From the NCBI GenBank assembly GCA_963827655.1, contig CAWHCF010000004.1, positions 1 to 64,000 of the forward strand: a stretch of 64,000 nt of DNA, given 5' to 3'. Each line of letters opens with the position of its first letter. The stretch's first letter is position 1. Below, in pieces: positions 18,824 to 28,658 of this stretch. The translations under genes were made by a program, and so were the position numbers. The notes under the pieces are model-generated. The model saw only the letters and a program-made list of their open reading frames with translations, was not told the origin of the DNA and did not search any database. Origin of the DNA: an uncultured Acidobacteriota bacterium. GTDB lineage: Bacteria > Acidobacteriota > UBA6911.

Positions 18824-20569
18824 ATGCGATGGTCCAACCAATTCCTTCGCAGCCCCGATTTTTACTTGCTGCGCGCGGTGGGTCTCGCTGCTCATGTCTT
18901 GTTGTTCGTTCTCAGCGATCCGTCCCATGCCCAAACCAAGAAACCCCGTGCCGCGGGTTCCCCGCCGGCCGGCGCGGATTCGAGGGATATACAGTACATC
19001 GACGTGGCACGCCGATCCGTCATCGGCTATCGATCGAACAACAACTTCACGGGCCGGAAGTACTTTCCTCAGCCGATGTGCGGTGCCGTGGCGATCCTTG
19101 ACTACGACAACGACGGCAAGCAGGACATCTTCATAACCAACGGCGCCAAGTTTCCGGAGCTGAAGAAGGTAGACAGCTCCTTCCATAACTGTCTCTTGCG
19201 CAATGCCGGCGCGGACAGATTTGACGATGTCACTAAGAAAGCGGGCCTCACGGGCGCTCACCTGGGCTACAGCTTTGGCGTAGCCGCCGGCGACTATGAC
19301 AACGACGGAGATACCGACCTCTTCGTCTGCAATGCGGGTCCCAATGCTCTTTTTCGCAATGACGGGAGCGGGGCTTTCAGCGATGTTACGGCCGGCTCCG
19401 GTCTTGACGCGAAGCCGAAGGACTTGTTGAGCGTCGCCGCGGCCTGGTTTGACTACGACAACGACTCGAAGCTCGACCTCGTGGTATCCCAATACACCTA
19501 CTGGAACCCGGTCACCGACAAGCCGTGGTTCTTGCCCGATGGAACGGAGTTCTACTGCAGTCCGGAGACCGTGGTAAGCGTTGCCAACTCGCTGTACCGG
19601 AATCTAGGCGACGGGAAGTTCGCCGACGTATCCGCGAAGGCGGGCTTCGCGTCCGTTCTGGGCAAGGGTATGGGCCTGGGCATCGCTGATTTCAACCGCG
19701 ACGGCGCCCTGGACGTTTTTGTCGTGAATGACACCGTGCAAAATCTCCTGTATCTCAATCGGAGAAACGGCGTGTTCGAAGAAGCGTCCCTGCCCTGGGG
19801 TGTCGCCTACAATGCCAACGCCGCGCGGGTCTCCGGGATGGGCTGTGACGTCAAAGACTTCAACAACGACGGTTGGACCGATATCTTCTACAACAACCTC
19901 AAAGGCCAGATTCACGCGCTCTTTCGGAACGAAGGCGGGACGTATTTTGATTACGTAAGTCCCCAGACCCAGGTGGCGAAATTGAGCAGAAACTTTTCGG
20001 GGTGGAGCAGCGGGTTCATCGATTTCGACAACGATGGTTGGAAGGACATTTATTCGGCCAACGGCGATGTGGACTACATCGGCGCGAACAGCGCTCAACA
20101 CGACACGATGCTCAGGAACTTGGACGGGAGAACGTTCGCCGACGTCTCTCAGCGGTTAGGGCGGGACTTCCTGCGGGTAGGCTACCAGCGGGGCTCCGCC
20201 TTCGGTGACCTGAACGACGATGGCTTCATCGATATCGTGGTCACGTCTCTGAACCAGAGGCCACGGATTCTATTGAACTCGGCGGGCAACTCAAACCACT
20301 GGGTGATGCTCGACTTGCGCGGGCGCGACAGCAATCGGGACGCGATCGGAGCCGCCGTCAAACTGACCACTGCCTCCGGCCGGACACTTTACAATCACGT
20401 CACGACCACTGTGGGCTTCATGTCGTCGCCCGACAAGCGCGTTCATTTCGGACTGGGACACGAACGAGCCGTCAAGTCTATCGAAATAGCGTGGCCTTCC
20501 GGCAGGATCCAGATTCTGGACGACGTGCGGACAGACCGGGTGCTGACCGTGATAGAGCCTCGGGAGTGA
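18824..20569 (+). CDS. CRTAC1 family protein (FG-GAP/VCBS repeats + ASPIC/UnbV)
   Basis: Repeated DYDNDG/DFNNDG motifs; NRDAIGA; RVHFGLG...IEIAWPSG. Confidence 0.92.
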   Translation: MRWSNQFLRSPDFYLLRAVGLAAHVLLFVLSDPSHAQTKKPRAAGSPPAGADSRDIQYIDVARRSVIGYRSNNNFTGRKYFPQPMCGAVAILDYDNDGKQDIFITNGAKFPELKKVDSSFHNCLLRNAGADRFDDVTKKAGLTGAHLGYSFGVAAGDYDNDGDTDLFVCNAGPNALFRNDGSGAFSDVTAGSGLDAKPKDLLSVAAAWFDYDNDSKLDLVVSQYTYWNPVTDKPWFLPDGTEFYCSPETVVSVANSLYRNLGDGKFADVSAKAGFASVLGKGMGLGIADFNRDGALDVFVVNDTVQNLLYLNRRNGVFEEASLPWGVAYNANAARVSGMGCDVKDFNNDGWTDIFYNNLKGQIHALFRNEGGTYFDYVSPQTQVAKLSRNFSGWSSGFIDFDNDGWKDIYSANGDVDYIGANSAQHDTMLRNLDGRTFADVSQRLGRDFLRVGYQRGSAFGDLNDDGFIDIVVTSLNQRPRILLNSAGNSNHWVMLDLRGRDSNRDAIGAAVKLTTASGRTLYNHVTTTVGFMSSPDKRVHFGLGHERAVKSIEIAWPSGRIQILDDVRTDRVLTVIEPRE

Positions 20570-20741
20570 TCATCTCTGGCTTTTCGCCGGCAGCCGCTTC
20601 ACAGGCGGATCGCGAGGACGCTCATGGTAACCGCAAGCGCGCAATGGCGCCGGGCGGCGGTCACTCGATGTGGATTCGCCCCGCGGTCTTGGTGTTTCTT
20701 GGTGTCTTCGTGTCCTGGTGGTATTTCCGCTCCCGACGATT

Positions 20742-22073
20742 TCAGCAAGTGACTTCCAGGAAGGGATATGCGGAAGTTGCGAGATTGATTCGTAATTTGT
20801 TAATCGAAGAAAATGACTCCATGATTCCCATCCCGATAATAGTCTCGTCTAATGGGGCGAATTCCTCGAGTTTACTATACAAACTTGCAGCCAATGGATC
20901 GCGAGGTCTCCCCGGGAAAGGAAGCCGTTTATCAGCTTTCTGATAAGTCCCGTCTTGCCTTCTAACAAACCGCTCGATTTCTGTCATGGTACGCTGGAAT
21001 CTTCTTGTGCGAAATTCATCACAGATTTGTCGTTCGGTTTTTCTTGGGCGCCCGGCATCTTGTCGCTGTAAATAGAACCACAGCATCGGTGAATCGACCA
21101 ACAACAGGTGATTAGTAATCTGCCATCTTTGTGTGTCGGGGAGTGAATCATAAATCTCTTGCAATGCTCGATCTTGAAAGATCAGGTTCCAATCGACAGC
21201 CCCTGCCGTCTTGCTGAATTGGTCGATAGCAAATGTCAAGATCTCTAGATTACAATCTTGCGCCAATCTTTCCAGGGAACCGACGGTATAGCTGTATTCC
21301 ACCGGCTGAAGAAGAGCATCGCAGAACGCGGCATCAGGTTCCGACTCAAGCGATTTCAGAAAAGAAGACATAATATGCGATCCTGAATCTGCGAAAGACT
21401 CAACAAACTTTCTGGCAACGGGTAGTTCTTTTGCGAGATCCGGTTTCGAAGCCGTACTTAATAGGGTACGAATAGCGACTTGGAATGCTGCTGTTGTAAT
21501 TCGATGAAACTGATTATAAACCATCAGTTCCAGGACGCCCAATGGCTTGAGTGCCCTGGACAAGCGACCGAGGGGCAATAACGGGTCAGCGTTATGGTGT
21601 ATAACCCCTGTGCATAAGACATAATCGAATTCGCCGACGTATTTCACGTCGTTAATACTTTCCCTCCTGAGTTCCAGGTTTCCGACCCCCAACGAGTCCG
21701 TGTTCTTTCTACAAACAGCCAGAGATTCTTCGGACAGGTCGGAGCCCAAAACTTTCGCTTCTGGAAATTTAAGCGCTGTTATCAAAGCCTGATTAGTCCC
21801 GCAACCGGCTACCCAAACAGCGCCATTTTCCGGGACAATCGGGCTACCCCAACTTCCAATATCTTGTCCCAGCATCTTAGACCAAAAGCCCTTTTGCACA
21901 ATTCGATCCAGGACTGTAACAGGCCACGGGTACTTGATTTTCCCGTAGAAATCAGAGTTCAGTTGATCAACGTAACGCGGGTCTACTGCTGCAGATAGAC
22001 TTTGTCCTGGACTACTTGTCTTCACGTTTAGGTCTTGTGGCCCTTTCCCTTCCATGATCTTTGTCTCCCTCAC
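20742..22073 (-). CDS. Class I SAM-dependent methyltransferase with C-terminal extension (AT-rich)
   Basis: VWVAGCGTNQ, GSDLSEESL, FDYVLCTGVIHH, LKPLGVLELMVY. Confidence 0.85.
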   Translation of the reverse strand: MRETKIMEGKGPQDLNVKTSSPGQSLSAAVDPRYVDQLNSDFYGKIKYPWPVTVLDRIVQKGFWSKMLGQDIGSWGSPIVPENGAVWVAGCGTNQALITALKFPEAKVLGSDLSEESLAVCRKNTDSLGVGNLELRRESINDVKYVGEFDYVLCTGVIHHNADPLLPLGRLSRALKPLGVLELMVYNQFHRITTAAFQVAIRTLLSTASKPDLAKELPVARKFVESFADSGSHIMSSFLKSLESEPDAAFCDALLQPVEYSYTVGSLERLAQDCNLEILTFAIDQFSKTAGAVDWNLIFQDRALQEIYDSLPDTQRWQITNHLLLVDSPMLWFYLQRQDAGRPRKTERQICDEFRTRRFQRTMTEIERFVRRQDGTYQKADKRLPFPGRPRDPLAASLYSKLEEFAPLDETIIGMGIMESFSSINKLRINLATSAYPFLEVTC

Positions 22074-22120
22074 TATGGTTAGACCGTTATGTCCGAGCTT
22101 ATGAGAATTTTGTTCACATT

Positions 22121-22611
22121 AGAAGCCAGAAGTCAGGAGCAAGAATGTGTTGGTAAAAGGCGTTCATGGAATCCTTCCAGTTGGTTGGCACTTACCTGAA
22201 AAGATAACATCACGAGATGGGGTGATCTCATGCAAGCACAGCGGCCAAGCGCAAAGACCTTCCGCGATCTACTGGTATGGCAGAAAGCTGATGAATTTGT
22301 GCTCGAAGTATATCGTTACACGGAATCGTTCCCGCAGCGCGAGATCTATGGCCTGGTGCAGCAAATGCGAAAGGCCGCCGTGTCCATACCGGCGAACGTT
22401 GCAGAAGGTTTCAAGCGGCGAGGCAAAGGCCGACAAAGCGCGAGTCATGAATATTGCCGAGGGTTCGCTTGAAGAGAGCCGCTACTACCTGGCTGGCACA
22501 CGACCTAGGTTACGGCGGACCTCAAGAAGGAAGGATGAATCTCCTGGAGGAAGTCAGCCGCCTGCTGAATGCATATGCAAAGGCGATTCTGGCTTCTGAC
22601 TCCTGGCTTCT
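22121..22611. repeat. Imperfect 26-bp heptamer-based inverted repeats flanking the four-helix-bundle gene
   Basis: 22121-22146 AGAAGCCAGAAGTCAGGAGCAAGAAT versus the reverse complement of 22586-22611, AGAAGCCAGGAGTCAGAAGCCAGAAT. Confidence 0.75.
22230..22600 (+). pseudogene. Four helix bundle protein (23S rRNA IVP/S23/Avd-like), frameshifted
   Basis: FRDLLVWQKA...FPQREIYGLVQQMRKAAVSIPANVAEG, continuing in other frames as NIAEGSLEESRYYL and AHDLGY...LEEVSRLLNAY; may be sequencing indels; end approximate. Confidence 0.85.
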
Positions 22612-22796
22612 ATCCCGCTGCTTTTGGCGGGATATCAAGGGCGCAGCCCTTGCCTGGTTAGACAAATTGGGGCGCGTCCACGAGGAGCGTCTGAACTTCC
22701 TGGCGAGGTAGATCGGAGAGCAGCGCGGCGCCGAGATCTTCCACCATGGATGTTGATTGCGACCCCGGCGGCAGAGAGAAAAGGCGGTCGTCGCGG

Positions 22797-24254
22797 TTAC
22801 TTTGCTGCAAGGTGTTCGCGCAGTAACCCGCTGAGGCGTTCGCGCACGGCCGTCACCTCAGGACCGCCGTAGAGGTTGACCCGTTCGTGCGGATCGGCGA
22901 CGAGGTCGTAGAGGGCGCCGTCTCCGGGCTCAGGCGTGAACGCGAGAGAGAGCTTCCACCGGCCATCGCGGATCATGGTGTACCGGTGGTCTGCCGACAT
23001 CCCGAACGAGGCGAGGTTGAACTCGGAAAACACGGGCTGCGCGGCCGGCTCTCGCCCCTCGCGCAAACTGGCGGCGAGGCTCGGCGCGATGCCTGCTTCC
23101 GCTACGAACGATATGCCTGCCAGCTCCAACAGAGTTGGAAGAAGGGTGCGGGTCTCGACCGGTGTTCGGATCACGACGCCTTTGGCGATTCCTTTGGGAT
23201 ACCAGAAAATAAACGGAACGTTCACAACCGGCTCGTAGAAGGTTTGCTTCTGGACGAGACTGTAGTCGCCGACATGAGTACCGTGGTCGCTGACGAAGGC
23301 GACGATGGTGTTTTCGAGCAATCCGCGCGAGCGCATCGCGCTCAGCATTTCACCAATCTGGTTGTCGAGGAACGCGACTTCGCCGTAGTAGTAGCGCCGA
23401 GCTTTCCGAACCTCGTCGGGCGATAATCGAGAACCCTCGCTGCTCGGGCGAACGCCGGCGGTGATCCAACCGGCTTCTCCAGGCGGCCGTCCCTCGGCGG
23501 CCGGCGGAAGCCGGATGGCGTCGGGATCGATCTTGCGATCATAAGGGGCCGGCGGAACCACGGGAGTGTGAGGTGCATTGAACGAGAGCCGCAGGAAGAA
23601 GGGGGTACCGCGGTCGAGCTTGTCGAGCCAGGCCAGAGATTCTCGCACGATGCGGGCCTGGGCCGTCTTCTCGACCGGTGCCGGGAAACGGCCGCCCAGA
23701 ATCCAGCCATAGGGGCTGGGCGGGTAACGAACGACATCAAATTGCGCGGAATCGTAGGGGTCCAGGTACTTGAAGTATCCGACGGCCTCGCTCAGGACGA
23801 TGCTAGCTTCGGTCTGGAAGGCCTTCTTCGTGCCGCCGTAATGCTGCTTGCCGAAGCTGGCGCTCCGATATCCCGCTCGGTGGAATGCTTCGCTCAGAAA
23901 CTCCGGCATGGAGTGCTGGGCGGGGCGGACGTTGTGCCAGATGCCGAGGGCGCTGGGGTACCGTCCCGTGAGGATCGCGCTCCGGGCCGGGACGCAGACC
24001 GGCGCAGGCGTGACAGCGCTGACGAAGCGGACCCCTTCCCGGGCGAGGCGATCAAGATTGGGTGTCGAAGCCCAGGGGCTGCCATAGCAGCCGAGCGAGT
24101 CCGTGCGATGTTCGTCGCTCATGAGCCAGAGGACATTCGGTGGTTTGGTCTGAGCGCCGGAACCCGGATCCTGGCGCGCGGAGATGCGGTCAGGACCGGA
24201 AGCTCCGGCAAGAAACCACCCGATCAGAAGCCATCCAAGGATACTGTTGCTCAT
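22797..24254 (-). CDS. Sulfatase (choline-sulfatase-like)
   Basis: SDEHR, TPNLDRLA, CVPARSAILTG, GKQH, SDHG, LYDLVADPHE; AAGGA SD before ATG 24254. Confidence 0.92.
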   Translation of the reverse strand: MSNSILGWLLIGWFLAGASGPDRISARQDPGSGAQTKPPNVLWLMSDEHRTDSLGCYGSPWASTPNLDRLAREGVRFVSAVTPAPVCVPARSAILTGRYPSALGIWHNVRPAQHSMPEFLSEAFHRAGYRSASFGKQHYGGTKKAFQTEASIVLSEAVGYFKYLDPYDSAQFDVVRYPPSPYGWILGGRFPAPVEKTAQARIVRESLAWLDKLDRGTPFFLRLSFNAPHTPVVPPAPYDRKIDPDAIRLPPAAEGRPPGEAGWITAGVRPSSEGSRLSPDEVRKARRYYYGEVAFLDNQIGEMLSAMRSRGLLENTIVAFVSDHGTHVGDYSLVQKQTFYEPVVNVPFIFWYPKGIAKGVVIRTPVETRTLLPTLLELAGISFVAEAGIAPSLAASLREGREPAAQPVFSEFNLASFGMSADHRYTMIRDGRWKLSLAFTPEPGDGALYDLVADPHERVNLYGGPEVTAVRERLSGLLREHLAAK

Positions 24255-24925
24255 GGGCAGTCCTTTCTTGAGAACCGCCATTGTACGCGAACGCCACCGG
24301 CTTTCCGCTGGAATTGCACTCGCCACAGACGTTCAGTGCGCGGGAAGAGAGCCAGGACCTTCTCGTGCAGTTGACGACACTTCTCTGCAGGTTCTAATCG
24401 ATGTTGCTCTGCACCCGCAGGTGGAGCCGATCGAGTTCAGAAAAACTGGACGCCCAGAAGGGCGGAGAGTCGATTTCGGACGTTTCGGCGGCTCAGTATT
24501 CAAACACCGCGGCGGCGGAGCTCCGCGCCAGGAACCTGGTCTGCCGGCATGCTATAAACAGCGCCTCCTCCCAGTTGCGAGGCTCCAGCAGTTCGTCCAC
24601 GCGCGCACGACCGTATGTCTGCGGCTCGAGCTGCCGGTCGGCGTCGAGCATTAGATCGAACAGGCGCTGCTTTGAGGCTTGTATGTGGTCGGGCAGGAAG
24701 AAAGAGAGGCAGGGGCCAAAGGAGTTATCAACCAACGCTCGAAGACCTTCTTTGCCGACGTACTCGGACTGAGTTCTTCGGAATGTACCACGGGATTCCA
24801 TGCAGGCGCAGCTTAATCCGATGCTTTTACTCAATGATATCCAGACAAGGGATGAGGCGGCGGAGGAAAAGTCCGTACGGCAACCGGAGCGAATTGGGCT
24901 GATTATTTAAAATCGAAACACCGAT

Positions 24926-24952
24926 TGTCGATTCTGGCCTGGTCCAAACGAC
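24926..24952 (+). promoter_or_regulatory. Candidate ECF42-type sigma promoter (TGTCGA-N17-CGAC)
   Basis: TGTCGA 24926-24931 and CGAC 24949-24952, upstream of a YciI-like stub and the VOC/DUF1428/VOC genes. Confidence 0.5.
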
Positions 24953-25155
24953 TATAGAGTGAAAGCATCAGAATCCCTGCTGGCGACAGGATGAAATACA
25001 TCTTCGCGAAATAGGCGTCGGGATAAAGAAGTAATCGTGGAGCGAGGAGATAAAACAATGAAAACTATCGAGTTGAGGACCGATGAAGTATCTCTGCCTG
25101 TGTTATGCGGCCGACCATGGAGTTGAGCTTAAGGGAATAGCGAATGAGAGGCTTT

Positions 25156-25650
25156 ATGCAAAAAATCACGCCATGCTTGTGGTTCGACAACAACGCGGAG
25201 GAGGCTGTGAAGTTTTATACCTCCATTTTCAAGAAATCCAAGACCGGGAGAATATCGCGCTATACAGAAGAGGGATTTGAAATCCACGGAAAACCGGCGG
25301 GAACCGTGCTGACGATAGAATTTGAACTCAACGGGCAGACGTTTACGGCGCTCAACGGCGGTCCGAGGTTCAAATTCAATGAGGCCATATCCTTCCAGGT
25401 CCAGTGCGAGTCTCAAAAAGAGGTCGACTACTATTGGGAGAAACTTTCCAAAGGCGGTGATGCGAAGGCGCAGGCATGCGGCTGGCTGAAAGACAAATAC
25501 GGCGTGTCCTGGCAGATTGTTCCCACGGTCCTGGCCGAAATGCTGCATGACAAGGACCCGGAGAAGTCGAATCGTGTCATGAGGGCATTGCTTCAAATGA
25601 AAAAGCTCGACATCAAAGCGTTAAAGCAGGCGTATCAGGAACGGTTATGA
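25156..25650 (+). CDS. VOC family protein (PhnB / 3-demethylubiquinone-9 3-methyltransferase-like)
   Basis: MQKITPCLWFD...ALNGGP.FKFNEAIS...CGWLKDKYGVSWQ. Confidence 0.93.
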   Translation: MQKITPCLWFDNNAEEAVKFYTSIFKKSKTGRISRYTEEGFEIHGKPAGTVLTIEFELNGQTFTALNGGPRFKFNEAISFQVQCESQKEVDYYWEKLSKGGDAKAQACGWLKDKYGVSWQIVPTVLAEMLHDKDPEKSNRVMRALLQMKKLDIKALKQAYQERL

Positions 25651-25734
25651 GAACAATCATTGCAGGCCTGCACGGAGATTGTCGCACCCGCGTGAAATAA
25701 TCGGGATCACAAACTCAAGCAAAGGAGAGTCCCA

Positions 25735-26088
25735 ATGAAATACGTCGATGGATATGTCTTACCCCTCCCGAAAAAAAACCTGAAGGCTTATCTCCGCATG
25801 GCGCGGATGGGGTACAAAATGTGGAAGAAATACGGCGCGCTCGATTACAAGGAGTGCGTCGGCGAGGACCTCCAAAACCAATGGGGCACTTCGTTCACGA
25901 AAACGATGAAACTCAAAGCCGGCGAGACAGTGGTGTTCTCGTACATCGTGTTCAAGTCGCGGTCGCATCGCGATCAAGTCAACGCCAAGGTCATGAAAGA
26001 GATGGAAAAGGGTGGCATGCCAAAGGAGATGCCCTTTGATGTCAAACGGATGGTCTACGGCGGGTTTAAGGCCGCGGTCGGGAGTTGA
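25735..26088 (+). CDS. DUF1428 (YbaA-like) protein
   Basis: YVDGYVLP...GALDYKEC...ETVVFSYI...MPFDVKRMVYGGF; AAGGAG SD. Confidence 0.92.
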   Translation: MKYVDGYVLPLPKKNLKAYLRMARMGYKMWKKYGALDYKECVGEDLQNQWGTSFTKTMKLKAGETVVFSYIVFKSRSHRDQVNAKVMKEMEKGGMPKEMPFDVKRMVYGGFKAAVGS

Positions 26089-26226
26089 AGAGAATCCTGC
26101 CCTTGACCATGGATCGGGCAAGAGAGATCAGGTTATTTCTTTTGCGCGTTGTTGGAGGCTCTGTCAAACATCGGAGAAGGCAGTCTTTCCGGTCTTACGT
26201 TCCAACCAAACCAAAAGGAGGCAGTC

Positions 26227-26715
26227 ATGAGTCCAGCAGCCAAGAGTAAAATCGATCCGTTGAACCAGGAAAATTACGGCGCCATTTCGGTCATGCTGGC
26301 GGTCGTGGACGTCGCAAAGGCCTACGAGTTTTACCAGAAGGCCTTTGGTTTTGAAGGGCGGGGTGTGATGCCAGGTCCCGACGGAAAGCCCATGCATGCA
26401 GAGTTGAAATTGCGAAACTCTGTTCTCATGCTGGGCCCGGAGTTCCCGACCTACCAGGCTTACAGCGCCAAAACCCTCGGCAACACTCCCGCCACCCTCT
26501 ATCTCTACGTCGAAGACGTAGACAAGTTGGCCACGCAGGCCGTCAATGCGGGTGCCAAGCTGGTCCAGCCAGCGAGCGACATGTTCTGGGGCGATCGCAC
26601 GGCCACGCTGGTCGATCCCGAAGGAAACAAGTGGATGCTGGCTACTCACAAATCAGAGCCCACTCCTGAACAAATGGAAGCCGAGATGAAAAAGCAGTCT
26701 GCGCAGATGAGTTGA
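26227..26715 (+). CDS. VOC/glyoxalase family protein
   Basis: AYEFYQKAFG, MHAELK, LYLYVEDVD, DMFWGDR...DPEGNKW. Confidence 0.9.
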   Translation: MSPAAKSKIDPLNQENYGAISVMLAVVDVAKAYEFYQKAFGFEGRGVMPGPDGKPMHAELKLRNSVLMLGPEFPTYQAYSAKTLGNTPATLYLYVEDVDKLATQAVNAGAKLVQPASDMFWGDRTATLVDPEGNKWMLATHKSEPTPEQMEAEMKKQSAQMS

Positions 26716-26727
26716 AGACCGTGAACA

Positions 26728-26752
26728 CCCCCTCCTGATCGCTGGGAGGGGG
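26728..26752. terminator. GC-rich hairpin between convergent genes
   Basis: CCCCCTCC-N9-GGAGGGGG; no clear U-tract. Confidence 0.4.
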
Positions 26753-26808
26753 CGCGCGGCGTGGTAAGATCCGACTCACGACCGAGCATCCTTCCTGTCG
26801 GCATCGGA

Positions 26809-28362
26809 TTAGCTTGGATCGGCGCAAACGAAGTTTGTCGCGTCGTCGATGCTGCCGGACCCTTTGTATTTCGCCACTCGCGGATACGGACACAGTGGCC
26901 GCGTTCTCACAACCTTGTCTCCGTCAATGCGGGCGGCCGGCAGGCTGTCCGGCGTCTTGCCTTGCTCCACCCAGGCGATGAGCGGCGCCAGCGGGTCGAA
27001 CGACGCGCAGCCCACACCGCCCGAGCAGTGAAACACGCCGGGGAGCATGTAGAGCCGGAAGAAGTCCCGTGCTGCCGGTCCCATCTGATGCAAGACCGCC
27101 TCGTAGTATTCGACACCCATGAAGGGAGTTAGCGCCGGATCGGCCCACCCGAACCACATGAGGAGCTTTCCTCCTCGCTGACGGAACGAAGTTAGATCGG
27201 TCTGGGTGGCATCGAGCACCTGGCCTATCCACTCAAGTCGTGGTGGATCGCGGTCGAAGTCGAAGTCTTTCAGTTGATAGTTCGGGTCTTTCTTCGGGTA
27301 AGCCGCGTACCGGAAGAAACCCTCGGCAAACTGAATGGAGATCGGCGTCGCGCCGTCCCGAACGATCCAACCATCCCAACCGCTGCGACTGTTGGGCCCA
27401 GCGACCTCAGCACCGAGCGGCCGGCCGGGAAACACGCGCTTTCCATTGACCTTGATGTCACTATAAATCGTTTCGAGGCTCCGGATCTCTCCCTCGGTGA
27501 AGCAGCCAGGTCCGTCTGCATTGCCGCATTTCGGCAGATGCAGCGAGGGCCTGAAGTCGCACCGCCGTGGATCATCGATCAGGCCATCCTCCAGTCCATC
27601 CTTGACATCGCACCGAGAGTAAATGCGATCCGCCAGCAGCTTGAGTTTGGCCATCGGAATGGGGGCCGCCTCCAAGGCGCGTGCCATAGCGACAGCCTGA
27701 AGCCGTATGCCCGTCATATTGAGCACCGGCGCACCGGCAATAATCCCGTCGAAATCACGAGGGAACCGTTGCGCCGACATCAGGGCTTGGCGGCCTCCGG
27801 TGGAGCAGCCATTGAAATAAGAACGCGCCGGTTCGCTTCCGTAGTACGCCGCTGACAGCCTCTTGGCCGTCTCAGCCGTCACATGCACCGCGCGGAAAGC
27901 GTAATCCAACAGCTTTTGCGAATTGACCGCGAACGTCCATCCCGGCTCCTGCCCGGCGTCGTGGCCGGTGTTGGTTTGCGCGACTGCGAACCCCAGTTTC
28001 AGAGCTGCGTCACGGTGCGCGATCCGAGCAGGAGCTTCCAGATTTTCGCCCGCCTGGCCGCCATTGCCGAACATGTACAGGCGCTTGTTCCAGGCTGTCG
28101 GCAAGCTCACTTCGAAGCGGATTTCCGGTTGGATCTGACCAATCGCCCGGCAAAACTCCGGCACCTCTCCCGAGGCAGGATGAAGCACCGCGGTGATCAC
28201 GGTGAACTCGTAACCCGTCAGAGCCCGCAGGCCGGAACAGGACGACTCCGGCCGTGCGGGAGCCTCACCTGCCGGTTGCTTCCAATCCCGAATGTGGGGC
28301 GCATTTTGCGCCTGTAGAGAGCAGGCTAGGAGGATCCAGGTAAAGAAAAAGCGAGCGATCAT
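26809..28362 (-). CDS. Tannase/feruloyl esterase family alpha/beta hydrolase
   Basis: GNGG, TNTGH, YFNGCSTGGRQ, DFDGIIAGAP, GWADP, PGVFHCSGG, RPLCPYP; signal peptide. Confidence 0.93.
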   Translation of the reverse strand: MIARFFFTWILLACSLQAQNAPHIRDWKQPAGEAPARPESSCSGLRALTGYEFTVITAVLHPASGEVPEFCRAIGQIQPEIRFEVSLPTAWNKRLYMFGNGGQAGENLEAPARIAHRDAALKLGFAVAQTNTGHDAGQEPGWTFAVNSQKLLDYAFRAVHVTAETAKRLSAAYYGSEPARSYFNGCSTGGRQALMSAQRFPRDFDGIIAGAPVLNMTGIRLQAVAMARALEAAPIPMAKLKLLADRIYSRCDVKDGLEDGLIDDPRRCDFRPSLHLPKCGNADGPGCFTEGEIRSLETIYSDIKVNGKRVFPGRPLGAEVAGPNSRSGWDGWIVRDGATPISIQFAEGFFRYAAYPKKDPNYQLKDFDFDRDPPRLEWIGQVLDATQTDLTSFRQRGGKLLMWFGWADPALTPFMGVEYYEAVLHQMGPAARDFFRLYMLPGVFHCSGGVGCASFDPLAPLIAWVEQGKTPDSLPAARIDGDKVVRTRPLCPYPRVAKYKGSGSIDDATNFVCADPS

Positions 28363-28658
28363 ACCGCTACTCCGATATAAGCAATGCACCGATTATATTC
28401 CAGCCACTCGGCGCAGCACAACGAACCCACTCAACGCGGCTGCCCCGAAAGCCAGTGCGCGATGTTCACCGCCGTGATTGCCAGATCCTTGCAACAATGC
28501 TCGATGGCTGGACGTCGATCGCCGAGGTTCATAGCAAGCGACCGAACGGAGATTCGGACTGGCCGACGACATCGGCGGGTTCAATATCGACGTCTGCCAT
28601 TACGGCCTGGAGAATGGCTGCGTTTGACACACCGGCGTGCCGTGTGCATAGTCGCTAC

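Noticed and set aside
22230-22600. Diversity-generating retroelement (Avd-like gene)
   Set aside because: No reverse transcriptase and no TR/VR pair seen in the window
24493-24834. ORF with GPCLSFFLP, faintly like the N-terminus of baeRF-family proteins
   Set aside because: Similarity rests on a few residues; cannot be supported without a profile search
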